A stretch of DNA of 64,000 nt from Kudoa neothunni (taxonomy: Eukaryota > Animalia > Cnidaria): NCBI GenBank assembly GCA_964304625.1, contig OZ199838.1, positions 2,953,947-3,017,946 on the forward strand, in the 5' to 3' direction. Made by a program: the position numbers and the translations under genes. This document shows, piece by piece, positions 1 through 12,472 of this stretch (its first letter is position 1; each line of letters begins with the position of its first letter). The notes beneath the pieces were generated by a model. That model ran no database searches. It saw nothing but the letters and a program-made list of their open reading frames with translations, and was not told where the DNA came from.

Positions 1-179
1 CTAGATACCGTATTTCAAGATCAACTTGCGACCAGCACATACGATTAGGTAACATTTCAAAATAATAATGACTATGAAAGAGTATACGCTAATCTTGACA
101 ATTCTAAACGGTCTGCCATTATGGAATTTTTTTATGTAAGGTGTTGTAATTGCAAAAATGATTTAATTTAATTTTTAAG

Positions 180-420
180 GACAGATGTTATTGTTGACCA
201 AATCAATAACAGCGGGCATAAAGTGTTGTTCTACCGCCGTATTCTCTGTTATTAAATTCTTTTGAGGAATTGTTCAATCAAATTAAATTGCTTTCTTAAA
301 AACAAAGCTCCACAGAATAGAGACGAGCTGCATAATGCATAATGCCATCATGGATACACCTAATCAAATATCGTCAGAACAATGCTCTAACTATTTAACC
401 ACTCTGAAACCTATTTTACT
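180..420 (+). pseudogene. Tc1/IS630-family (DDE_3) transposase C-terminal remnant
   Basis: Frameshifted translation DQINNSGHKVL(F)/LPPYSLLLNSFEELFNQIK resembles the LPPYSPxLNPIExxW/F motif of IS630-Tc1-mariner transposases. Confidence 0.65.
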
Positions 421-1757
421 TTTACTAGACGCCTAAATTCTGAGGTTATTGAAAATTAATAATTTACAACATTTTTGTTTTTGTTGCATGTTGATCTTGA
501 AATGCTATAATCACACAGTTCATGATCATTTGTACACAATGTGCTTCAATTGTATACACCTTAAAATGATAATTAAGCTCATTCACTAATTCAATTTTTT
601 CGAATAGTCATTGTTATGAAATTTATAATACATTATATACAAAAACCATAGGGATAGACTGAAGTGTTACCTTCTTAAACGCTTGGACGTGAACACTCAT
701 TGGAATTTATACATCTATAAATAATTTATTTCATCTTCACGAAATTTAGTTTTAAAAAAATTCTTCAAAATGGGGTATGCAAATTATCTACATTGAAAAT
801 ATTAATATATTTAAAACACACATTGGTGGACCGCTTGTCCAAGGCGCCCAATGAAACTATCGAAAAAAACACAATAATATTATTAAAATAACAAAAATTT
901 TTATTTTAAAATATGAAATACCATAAGAGTGACGACTATGATGACCCTTCTCCAAGTGCTCCAAATGCATTTCGATTCGTTCACCGACTTACAAATAAGC
1001 AAGGAGCTGTTTGTTTTCTTTCACCTGTTTTGAATGATGGTCGTGGATGCAGACGGATTATAAAAACAGGATCATCAAGTGACAAAGTACATTTATTTTT
1101 GAGAAAAATGTTTATTAACTATTGATAAGGTAATTCATAAACATGTTCAAGCAGAACACAAAGTTAATCTATGAATATTAATTGCTTCTTAAAATAAAAT
1201 GAGAAAGAATGATATAACAAATTAAAAAAAAAATAAAATCCCGAAATTGGCAAGTCTAACCAGGGGTTTTTCTTTATAAAAAATTTTAATGAGTATTTAA
1301 GGTTATTAAACAATCGATATTTAAAATAAATGGCGAAAAGTGTATTTTATTTAAACACAAATTATATTGGAAATTTTACAAGGAAAAATTTAATGAATAA
1401 CAAATTTTTAAATCGACGTACTCATGCTTGTTTTATACGAAAGTCTATTAGATATTCTGGTTGCTAGATTTTATTAAAATATTTGAATTTTTGTTATCTT
1501 TTATATTTTTTTTGTTGAATCAATAAATTTGTTCACAGTATTGTATTAAAGAAGTTATTGTGTGTTATGATATAACACTAGGATATCTCTATGAATCCCT
1601 ATAATTCATCAAATGAATATATTTTTGATTTAGTATAAATAAAATCTTCCAATGCAGTTTCACGGGTTAGGATAATTTGAGATATAAAGAAAAATTAATC
1701 ACTCCATGTAATAATAGTGATAATATAGTTAAACGAGTTTTTAAATTGACGGTTGCT

Positions 1758-2679
1758 TTAAGGGGCCACAAACTCTAAGGTTAAATTCCTTATTTTATGA
1801 TTTCCAAGCAGAATATTAGCATATTCAAGGTTGTTGTGGGTATCACGGTAAGCTAAGTGATGATCCTTGTACATCCAATCTAAATTTTTTTATTCATATG
1901 GTTAAAATTATTAATATTTTAATTGAGAATTAAGTTTAATAAATTTACAAACAGGAATTAATTACTTGTTCTAAAGATCCTCTGGAAGTCGGTACATTGT
2001 TCGTCAATATAACATAGCTCATTTGAATAATTAAGTATTTGTCTTCTCATCTAATTTTCAATATTATACGAAAGCGGTTTTAGATGGGAAAATAAATTAT
2101 TATTACCTCTTGAGTAATTACAAACTTATTATTAGCAAGTTCAAGGCGATAAATGAAAAGAATCAGCTATCCTGCAGTTAATTACATTACAAACAATTTT
2201 TCATACAATACAAGGTAAGCAAGTGACTTTTTCCTTAAAATAGATGACTAAATTGATAAATGGATTCATTAACCTACTGACTACTAAGAATTTACTGTCG
2301 TTATCATTGCAACTGGCGAAATATTTACAAATTTCGTCAGGTTGTGGGTACATATTGACAAAGGCGTTCACCTTGGGTGTTACTTTTCGAATTATGCTTC
2401 TCTACATTTATGTTAAAAGAATTAATTAATAAAATTACTTTTATTTCACTATATTTAAATAAATTTTTATCATATAACTCCAATAAAGTTGTTATTATTT
2501 GTCGAAGAGGTGCGCCTTGCATTGTGAACTGAAATTAGTTATTTACATATTCATTTTTTGGACTAACAATTCTCACGGGGCTTCCTAACGTGATTTCAAA
2601 ATTGAGCAAATCTAAATATATATTTTAAAATGAAATTTCACTTATAGTTACGAAACGAAAGCAGAAAAAATGTTAACAT
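1758..2679 (-). CDS. Secreted swaposin-like (permuted saposin) protein, paralog 1, 8 exons
   Basis: Spliced by eye with 7 GT-AG introns: MLTFFLLSFHLLNFEITLGSP-FTMQGAPLRQIITTLLELYDKNLFKYSEIK-RSIIRKVTPKVNAFVNMYPQPDEICKYFASCNDND-IIYFKEKVTCLPCI-LILFIYRLELANNKFVITQE-MRRQILNYSNELCYIDEQCTDFQRIFRT-NWMYKDHHLAYRDTHNNLEYANILLGNHKIRNLTLEFVAP*. Frame is open and intron positions match the four paralogs. The gene model is firm; the fold call is inference. Confidence 0.85.
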
Positions 2680-3884
2680 TGATCCCAATATTAATTAAAA
2701 AATTGTAGATATTATCTAAAAATATTCCGCTCATATCTTCTTATGATTTCTATAATTTCTATGGATACACAACCGCTGATAATCTAAAATTGAAATTTCT
2801 TAGGAAGCATAAAAAGAAATGATTACGTTATCTGTATTTTCTTATTTATAACAGATAAAAATACAAGTACTTTATATAGTGGGTCTCTTAATTGAACTCG
2901 GCATTTTTTTCATTCAATTAAAAGTTTATGTAAAATATTAAAAATTCTTTTATGAAGCATTGGTTTATTTTTAGTTAAACATAAATAAATCTAAATTGAA
3001 AACAGTTAATTTATGGTTTAAGCGCAATTCTTAAAAATTTATTTGTCTGTTCCTCACTTTATCTACATTCAAATCTGAACAGATAATTATCTAAAAATAG
3101 ATGGTTTATCTATAAATAATTAGTTTTTAACAAAATATTAATACTGAAAACTTTCATTGTGGTTCTAATGCGAAAATGCATGTAATGCATTGATTTTCTA
3201 CTTTCCAATTTTTTCGTTGCATCCATACACAACTCTATATATATATGTATATATAATTAATTCGTCCTCTGTTTATAATTCATATTTCAGAAAAAATTCG
3301 TATAGTATTATCATAATTTAATAAAATTGGGTGATTAAATGGCAATACTCCTGGCGTAATGAAATGTATTATTTTAAATTATAAATTCGTGATGCGGCAA
3401 ATTTTCATTAATATTTACTTTTGGGTGTATATTGCGTTGTAAAAATGGTAGAAAGATCTCGTACTTAAAATTTCCGTTTATTATAGTGTAAACTATAAAA
3501 ATTAAGTCTTTGGAAAAGGTGGTTTTAAACTTTGTTACATGTAGCATCATTACAAAATAAATTATATTAATTTCTTTTTATTTTCCATTAAATTATCACT
3601 TAACTGTTTTAATATTTTTTACCAAGAATGAATTGAAGTTAATATTTCATATTGATTAGACCCAAATAAAAACATTAGGGGTTGTATTAAATGGGTTTTG
3701 AGGATTATATGTAAAATTGCAAAATAATGAAATAAAATATTAAATATAAAATAACCATATAATATAAAAACGTCTCTATTTAAAATAGCCTAATAATAGA
3801 AGAAATGATTATAAATGCATTGAAAAAATAAATATACACATTTTGATATTATTAAAACATTTTTCTAGACTAAGTGCGAATATT

Positions 3885-4820
3885 TTAGGTTGATTCCATC
3901 TTTAACGCAATATTTGTTATTTTAAGATCTTTAAAAAGAATTATGACTTCTTCAAGGCCGTAACGATTTTGATAGCCGTAAGATACATGATTCATCAATT
4001 TTATTTCTAAAATTTACAATTATATATATATATATATTATCACGACGATATTATTTTGTTATAAACGTCATGATAACTACTTGAATTAAATGGTCGCTGA
4101 GAATCGTTGCATTTTTCAATCAGATAACACAAGTCGTTTGCGTAATTAAGAAATTCTTGTAGCATCTATAGTTTAAATCAAACGTGAATTTATAACGATC
4201 AGAATAAAATTTTTGGAACATTAAATATTTGAGGAACTCAACGAAATCAAAGAGATTACTTCGCCAGTAACGTCAAATGTTTTTGCCAGGCCAAGTCGAT
4301 AAATATAAAGAACCAGCTATACCGTAATCAGAAAAAATAAACAAATTAAGCATACAACACAAGGTAAACAAGAATAATCTTCCCTAAAAATAAGAACTAA
4401 ATCAAGAAAAATTTACTTAGCGTTGGTATACAAAAACTACTTGTTGTGCCGTCGCAAATGGCAAATATTTTACAAATTTCATCTTGATCGGGGTAAATAC
4501 TCAAAAAATATTCTATATTATGTGTAGCTTTTGCAATAATACTTGTCTATAAAAGTTTTAGTGGTTGGCCTTTAAAATATACTTTCGTGTAGCTGTATTT
4601 GAATAAGACGCTACAATTCAGATCCACTAAAGCTTTCATTATTTGATAAAGGGGAAGACTTGATATTGTAAACTATAATAAATCATTAAAATATACTAAT
4701 AATTTATTAGTAAATTTTACGAGTGTTGGTGTTGTGATTTTAATGTTTAAACAATCTAAAAAGGATTAAAAATAATCAGCGTCACAACTTACAAAGAAAC
4801 ACCACACATAACACCAGCAT
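3885..4820 (-). CDS. Secreted swaposin-like protein, paralog 2, 8 exons
   Basis: MLVLCVVFLYCLNIKITTPTL-FTISSLPLYQIMKALVDLNCSVLFKYSYTK-TSIIAKATHNIEYFLSIYPDQDEICKIFAICDGTT-ILIFREDYSCLPCV-LVLYIYRLGLAKTFDVTGE-MLQEFLNYANDLCYLIEKCNDSQRPFNS-KIKLMNHVSYGYQNRYGLEEVIILFKDLKITNIALKMEST*; intron phases 1,0,0,1,0,0,1 as in the paralogs. Confidence 0.85.
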
Positions 4821-5607
4821 TCGAATTATTTGAGTTTATTAGGAAGATATTACCTCAATATTTTTAAATTAATTTATCATTATAAGTTATCTTTGATATC
4901 TAAAATTTTATAATTAATGATTGAATATATATATCTCATTCAAACAAAAATTTGTCACATTATCTTATAACTCAAAATTTGATAAGCTAATATAAAAGAA
5001 TATTTATTTAATTAAACCTATTTTTTAAGGTAAAATTTTTGTATTCCTTCATGTTTAGCAAATGAGTATACAAAATTAATGAGAATGTACTGACATTCAT
5101 TCGTTATAAGACTATTTATCTTTAAGTGATATAGCTTTTTGAAAAATTAATAATCTTTAATCAAACTTTTTGAAATTTCTTAACCTATTTCATTTTTTTT
5201 GATAAAATATTTAATAATATTATATAGATCTTATCAAATGCCCATATCACCTTGGAGATAATATTGATTAGTACCTTATATCATATTTATTATCATATTT
5301 AGTTATTATAATAGTTAACGTAGTTCACGCTATACCTACGATACTGTAGAAAAGTGTGTAAAATTTTTCACGAACTATATATTTTTTCTGTGTTACTATA
5401 CAAAAAATATAATTTTTCAATGTTTCGCATTTGATATTATGGAAATAATACATGTATTTTTTGTAAACGAGATAAGTTATTTTCATGACAAGATATTCAG
5501 AATATTTTGTTTATAGTTTCATCAATCTAAAAAAATATTTTGAATATCACTCAGTTAATAAAAAACGCAAAAACATGTTAAACAAAAATATTTAATGAGC
5601 TAAAAAT

Positions 5608-5811
5608 TGTCATAATCCGAGAATCACGATCCCTCACAATAAAGAGGGAAGTCGTTCCCGGGTGGGCGACCCGGTGGAGACCGAGGCAGTGCCCACGCTA
5701 CACGGAGATATACATAGACACGACTAAACTGGGAGGAATACCATCACTACCTTTAGTCTATTTTATTCCAGTTCTCTTTCTTTTGCGCGGCCTTAATCCC
5801 AAACTATAACA
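5608..5811. mobile_element. Solo LTR-like element (204 bp)
   Basis: GC-richer island with termini TGTCATA...TATAACA (6/7 inverted match), flanked by the direct repeat AAAAT at 5603-5607 and 5812-5816. Confidence 0.65.
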
Positions 5812-7034
5812 AAAATATTTTTTTATAATAAGGGCGTCCATATTGTATTATCATTATTGAAGAATATTTCGCCAGTCGTGGGTTATTTTATAAATGAATT
5901 TTCAACGAATTATGCTTAAAGTTTTTATATAACTTAACTAATAATTCTTTTAACAATTTCAAGAATGTGTTTAATATCACGTCAACGTAATACAGTATGT
6001 AACCAATTTCACGCACTTTTTAAACCCCCATTTAATAGGAATATTTATTAGTTATTGTTTATATAATATGTTTCTTATAATATTTCAATTAAAAAATTTT
6101 TCAATAATTTTAACAAATTCGAAGTCTTTAATTGTTCACTGATTTTTTTTTATTTGTATCTGTTAGTAATAAGTGTGTAAATGTTCAAGCTTAACTTCGT
6201 ATTTTTAAAACAGAACTTTCTGATTTATTCTATTCAAAATTTTAACGAAGATGTTTAAATTAAACTATGGCATAAATTAATGTGTTTTTTAGTTTATAAA
6301 TTTTTTCGCATTCATTATTCATGATTTAAAATATTTTATAACAATATTTGTTCTAAAATTCCAACATGAAAATTTTTAATTTATTTTATTCAATTATTTA
6401 TTTATATATATATATATATATGTATATAAGTGAATAAAAACAAAAATCTTCAATAATTATTTATTAATTAAAATTAACTTAAAAGTAGAGTAATCGTCAT
6501 AAATAAAAAAAAAAGTCATAATCCGTTTATTTGAAAATCGCGCAATCCCAAAAAACCTTGGTTGAAATTTTTGAGTAAAATTACTATGAAATCTGAATTA
6601 ATGTCTGGTTAAATAGCACCTCCATCCATTTTTTGGATTCATAAGTTCGTTATTTATTCAAATTAAGTTTAAGATTGGTTAATAGAAACAACTCAATGTA
6701 GATTATTATAGTTCGTGTTCGAAAGTCAATCATGTGGACAATGGACAGGAAAATTTTGAGTAAAAACAAATTCCCTTACATCTTTTCATGAGTAATAAAT
6801 ACCAAAAATAAAATTTATTGGAATGTTTAATCACAAACTAACAATTACTTCATAAAATCAATATATCGATGGAGTTGACCCAATTCAACAATGTTCGTTC
6901 ACACATCTACTTTTTCTATAACACCACCACTATTAAGTCCTATTGAGACGTAACAATCATTAATAAATATTAAATTGTTGGAATAAAGACATTTTTCGGC
7001 TCCAGCAGGAAGTGTTCATGAATTGGCCGGAAAT

Positions 7035-7800
7035 ATGAATTTGAATTCCTTATTTACTGGCGATTGGTTTATAGAAGATGTTTTTAAGTTTAAAAATTGC
7101 AATAAAAAATTTATTGAATTTTGCAACGTGTTGAGTTGATTCCAGAAACGAGGGATTGTGGTCAATGTCACCAATTTATGGCATTGAAACAATTTAACAT
7201 AATGAATGACCGTGTGTTTTGATCTTATCAATGAAATAAACGGGTTAAAATTAAGAATAGATCCTTTTTTATTACGCCAAATTGTCGTTATGGAGAACAC
7301 TTTTCATGATGTATTCGAAATTAACGGCATATAAATGAAACAAAAAAAATATCGTCGCGAGAAATAATATGATGATGGAAAAACTACATAAGAGAAATTT
7401 ATAAAGAGTATTTCATTATTCATAGGCCCTCTATTGATGGTGTTGATGTGATTGAGAAAATAAACGAATCTCATGTTCGTAAACGAAAATTTCACCGTGG
7501 GAGTGTCCTCATAAACTAGACTATTAGGATCATGGGCGGGATTAATTCTACTGTCAACTTTTTCCATGTCCTTGCTGAGAAACGCATCCAAGCCATCCTT
7601 TAAGAAATAATAATTCAAAATATTAATAGAGATTAACTATGTGGACGTACAAATGACCTTCTTATCATAATTTAACCCACTTATTTAATATTTAATACTA
7701 AAGGTTTTACGAAACATAGTATCAAGTTTAAGAATGTCAAATGTGTGCATATAAATCTAATAGAGGCCATTTAATTTGCAACCAAATGCAAATTCAGATG
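7035..7800 (+). pseudogene. Merlin/ISXO2(IS1595)-like transposase remnant
   Basis: Disrupted translation contains ETRDCGQCHQFM (zinc ribbon), IDGVDVIEKINESHVRKRKFHRGSV...IMGGI and VHINLIEA, matching the VEIDES..KRKYHRG / WVFGG / HTNxIE motifs. Confidence 0.75.
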
Positions 7801-8419
7801 AATCACCAATACAAAATCGGAATTTTTGTAAATAATTATTTCAAAAAAATGCCCTGTTAAAATATTTTATCAATTTTCTTTAGAATAATTAATGAAATCC
7901 ATCCACATTGTCGTATTTTGGGCGTTTTATTTTAGGCCCGATTTGTCGCGACAGATGCCGAACGATGTACTTTACCGTATTTTAGTCGCATATCTCAATT
8001 AAAAAGTAATTTCTAAATATCGTTAAGGAGAATTCTAGGAAAATACTCCCCATTGTTATTTTAATTATTCTCACTATCATTATTAGTACAACCTACAATA
8101 TCCATATTGAGAAGAAATTGTAAAAAATTAATAATAATAATAATAATAGTCTATTTTTTAGAATCTAGGATGTATTATTGAAATATGGCGCGGTGGTGTT
8201 AAAATCGTACATCTCTGTTGTATGCGTGCGCCGACTACGCTGGATCTCTAACTTTTGTACCTTAAACTAATGTTTTCACATTGTATTCACCAGCATAACT
8301 TATATATTTATATAGTAGAATATTCGTTTAAAATATAAAACAAACATTAGATAATGGAAAATAAAGTATACAACCAACCTACCATTTTTTATCATTGCAC
8401 ATGCGCATTCATCAAATTT

Positions 8420-8496
8420 CGTTGAACCCGAAATTTCAGTATCCGAAAGAAATATGCCAATCCAAACATTTTCGGATAAACAGGGTTCGACTGTAT
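8420..8496. mobile_element. Tigger/pogo-type MITE end
   Basis: Ends ...cggataaacagggttcgactg|ta (CAGTCGAACC-type TIR with TA target); similar to 28572-28653. Confidence 0.45.
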
Positions 8497-9466
8497 ACGA
8501 TCTTTAAGCTGTTTATGTTCAATCAATTATGGATGTTATTACGTGTAAAACATTTTTTTATTATTTATCTCAACGATATAAAAATGATGTAAAACCTAAA
8601 AATAAACACTTAGTACCACATTTTCGCATATAAAAATGAAATTCTACGTCGTATTTTATAATTTTCTTCAATATTTTTGTGTGTTTGAATGTTTCGAGCG
8701 TTTTACACTAATATAATTAATTTACTGAGATGTATTATCTATCAAAACGTTTACAAAAACTAGTAACAACCACAAAATATTGGAATAATGAAATCCCTAT
8801 CAAAATCCTAATAATCCTCATATCAACACAGAATCACCCTCGGTTTTTAAAGGCCTAGTTTTGACGCACTTTTTTCTTCGTCCCGGGGGGATTACGTGAA
8901 GTTGGTCCCCTACTGTAGTTTCTTTGGAGAAAAATAAGAATAAATCCTAATCACGCTCAGTTTGGTAAAATTAATATCAAAATAATATTTTAACAATATT
9001 TCACAATATTTAAAGCATGGTTGCTTTTGGATATTTATAAATAATAGTGTATACAAATAAGTACAAAAAATCGATAACTTTGGACTAAAATATTGGGATC
9101 TATTGCAAGTGAGATTTAGGAGAATATATGCGGAATGGTCCTTCGGGGTGATTCCCGACTACTTTTAGTTTCACAAATTCTTAATTTTATATTAACTACT
9201 ATTTTAAATTTAAATCAAATATTGAAGTCATGAGGTATTTACAATTCAACATAATTTGGTTGTTAATTTTATGTCATTGAAGAAAAAATAGTTTTTTATT
9301 AGAGTACAAAGCATTTTATTACCATTAGATTCATTTGTAAAATAAAGTACTATAATTATATATATATGTACTTAGTCAATGACACATTTATTTATTTATT
9401 CTGAATATAATTTTTTCGAAAACATTCACTAAATAATATTAATAGGCATACGTTAACTAAATTGTT

Positions 9467-10407
9467 TTAAAGAGTTTCAAACTTTAAGGTCACATTGGCA
9501 TTTTTGTGATTTCGTGGAAGGGTAACGATTTCTATAAGCTCGTGCGGTTCGCCATTATAATAATATTGATTATCACTAATATATTTTTCTAAAATTATCA
9601 TTATTGAAAAGTCTAAAAATATTTTTTGTAATTAATGATTATTTATTTAACCCGTAATGAAATTTTTCGAAAATACCCATACTATGGAGACCATTGAAAT
9701 CTTCGCAAATTTTGCTTGTGTAACACATATCTTCTGCATATTTGAAAGATTCATCCCTAACCTAGAGTTATAAAAGAGTAATATTAAAAATATATTATAT
9801 TTAAAAAAATGATATGGCATATAAAAAATTTAGTAGATTACTTTTTTAGTTATATAAAAATATTTGTCTGCTAATTCAATACGATAACTGTAAAGAACCA
9901 ACTATTCGAATATCAAACATATTTATAAAGTTATTTCATACAACACAAGGCAAACATGTTTGTTTTCTCTTAATAATAAGGACTAAATTTTTTGACAACT
10001 GACTAAAGCATTTTTCAAAAGCAGAAACTACTTTTGTTACCCATGCATATGGCAAATTTTTCACAAATTTGCTCTGGCTTGGGGTACTCATTGAAAAATT
10101 TTTCTACATCAGATTTAGCTCGTCTGATTATTGTTTTCTATAAAATATATATATATATATAATTTTGAAGCGGTTACTTTTATTTCGCTAAATTTGAATA
10201 AGTTGTTTCCACATAACTCGCTTAATGCATTCATTATTTGAAAACGGGGTGTACCTGATATTTCGAACTATAATTATTTATTTTAAATAACAGAATGTAT
10301 TATCTCACATGTTTTTGAGATGTGCTTCGAAAGTTAAAACAATCTAAAACAAGTAAGAATGAAATACATCAAACCTTACATAGTATAACCACAATAAGGT
10401 TAAACAT
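9467..10407 (-). CDS. Secreted swaposin-like protein, paralog 3, 8 exons
   Basis: MFNLIVVILYCFNFRSTSQKH-FEISGTPRFQIMNALSELCGNNLFKFSEIK-KTIIRRAKSDVEKFFNEYPKPEQICEKFAICMGNK-ILIIKRKQTCLPCV-LVLYSYRIELADKYFYITKK-VRDESFKYAEDMCYTSKICEDFNGLHSM-EKYISDNQYYYNGEPHELIEIVTLPRNHKNANVTLKFETL*. Confidence 0.85.
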
Positions 10408-11332
10408 TTAATTATTGATGTATTATCTATGCGGTTAATTTGCTTAGATATTACAGTTTATATCGTAGTATAATAAGTATCTATGTTTACTAACCAAAAG
10501 ATAATTGTTAATGGTTAAATCGCAGAATGAGATTAATATTATTAATAAAAATTGGGTTCAAAACATAAAATAATATCACCAAATGGTTATCTGATAAATA
10601 TATTTTATTGTAGATACCAATAGATAACCTAAATATTTATAGGTAAATATGAATTACAATTTAAACAAGAATCCAATGTTACTCCAAGTATACAAAAGAA
10701 TCGACGATTCTATTATGTTTTATCGCAACAACATTATTTTTTTATTCAAAGATAAATGAAGATAATAAAGACGACATTTTAAATTCCAAGCTGATTGAGG
10801 TTTTTTAAAGTTTAAAACTACATAATTTCATCAATCCTTTAACCCATCGGTTATTAAACATTTTACAGGTTTTGAACCCTTGTTAACGTGTTTCCTCGAA
10901 AATAAGACATGATAGCTTTTACTATTAAAAATTGATATAACACTGGGTTGTATTTTCAAGGAAAGATTGTATGTATATTATCATATGCGTGTTAGTAAAT
11001 GAGGGGAAATGGTAACGCCTAATTTTAGATAATTTTCCCACGACCAGGGATGATTGCCTAAACCCGTTTAATTATTGTATGTATAATTACATAGATTTAG
11101 TTACGATTAACTTAAATATCAATAGAATAATCTTTGTCGAAGCATTTCAATGGAAAATATCAATCTATTTTTGAATTTTCGCTCACTCTCGATCATATTT
11201 TCCCTTATTTTATATTTTATCTGTCAATAATGTTCTATATTGTTATTAATTGTTTATTATTAAATCAAATCAAATGTCGATACCAAGATTCCAAAACGCT
11301 TGAAAGGTTAGAAGAGTTTGAGGACACCAAAT

Positions 11333-11693
11333 AAATTGTTAAAATAGTTATATTTGTTTTTGCCTAAGGAGGTCTATGTAAATTCACAAGATGTAAACAT
11401 TTTTAGAAAAACACAGATTACATCAGTTTTAGAATGCATATACAGTCACCAAATTATTCCTTTACGACAACAATTCTTAATTTCAAATTACGCATTTTAT
11501 TTAATATCATCATAAGACATTTTACTTTGAAGCATCTTTAACCTTTGAATAATGAATCTACATCGTAAATAATTTGGTTACACCACAATCTTTATAAGGG
11601 AAATGCAACATCTCCTGAAAACACGGCTTTAATAGCTTTATCTGTCTTAAAATCACTCCAAACGACATATATAACATTCTCACGGCATTCTAT
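11333..11693. repeat. Repeat B (about 360 bp), inverted near-identical copy of 16814-17172
   Basis: Reverse-complement match throughout with few mismatches; a diverged relative lies at about 27300-27950. Confidence 0.9.
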
Positions 11694-11815
11694 TGTAGCG
11701 GATGAGGATCGAACCTGAGATCCTCGAGCTGAAAGTGGCGGGGCCTTACCACTTAGACTACGGGCCATAGCGCACTTGAAGTTAGACGCAACTCTATTTA
11801 TGTGGATGTGCCACA
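11694..11815 (-). mobile_element. tRNA-derived sequence inside a short TGT...ACA-bounded element (SINE head or mini solo LTR)
   Basis: Minus strand GGCCCGTAGTCTAAGTGGTAAGGCCC...CAGGTTCGATCC has A- and B-box-like motifs but no acceptor stem; termini TGTAGC...GCCACA. Confidence 0.55.
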
Positions 11816-12339
11816 GTATTATAAGTAAAACCTAAATAACTAATTTTACTAATTATTTTCAAACCTTTATAAAAATACTAGCGTGCCTATCAAACTAAAA
11901 ATACATTTTCCACAAAAATATTATAAACTAAAATTATAATTACTCCAAAAATTTATTTGGTGTCCTCAAACTCTACTAACCTTTCGAGCGTTTTGGAATC
12001 TTGGTATCGACATTTGGTTTGATTTAATAATAAACAATTAATAACAATATAGAACATTATTGACAGATAAAATATAAAATTGGCACTGGCTATTACCACG
12101 GGAATCAATTTCTCTGCAATTATTATCTCTATTAAATAACTAATTTCATTTTATTATTTATAATTTTTTCTATTAAATTAAACAATTAGATAACAATTGC
12201 GAACATCTTTTTTTACATATTTATATTGTTTATTTGATTGATTATTTTCCTTATTTGGTTAAAATGTAGAATAGTGGCCGTAATACAAATCAGCGACCAC
12301 GATAAAAATCTAACCTGTTGATTATTCTAATTTTTTATA

Positions 12340-12472
12340 TTTATCATTTAACCACCCCCTTGATTGTAAATCCAACACTATGAGGTTTCTATTAGAAAAA
12401 GCACCTGTATGTGCGTTGTAATTATGTATTCTCTGCCACCAACACAGACAAAAAGACGATGTTGTTTTGTGT
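12340..12472. repeat. Repeat D (133 bp), inverted near-identical copy of 21100-21232
   Basis: Reverse-complement match with about 3 mismatches. Confidence 0.9.

Larger units (their letters stand above)
11207..12080. repeat. Inverted repeat pair A: 11207-11337 vs 11950-12080 (about 131 bp)
   Basis: Direct reverse-complement comparison shows only a few mismatches. Confidence 0.9.

Noticed and set aside
913-1125. 70-aa ORF
   Set aside because: No recognisable motif, homolog in the window or splice context.
2244-2429. Plus-strand ORFs over the paralog genes (also 40106-40288) and minus-strand ORFs over the retroelements and piggyBacs
   Set aside because: Antisense shadows of the real coding strand.
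2680-2900. Shared AGATA/TATCT-rich upstream motifs before the five paralogs
   Set aside because: Indistinguishable from chance at this AT content without a motif-enrichment test.
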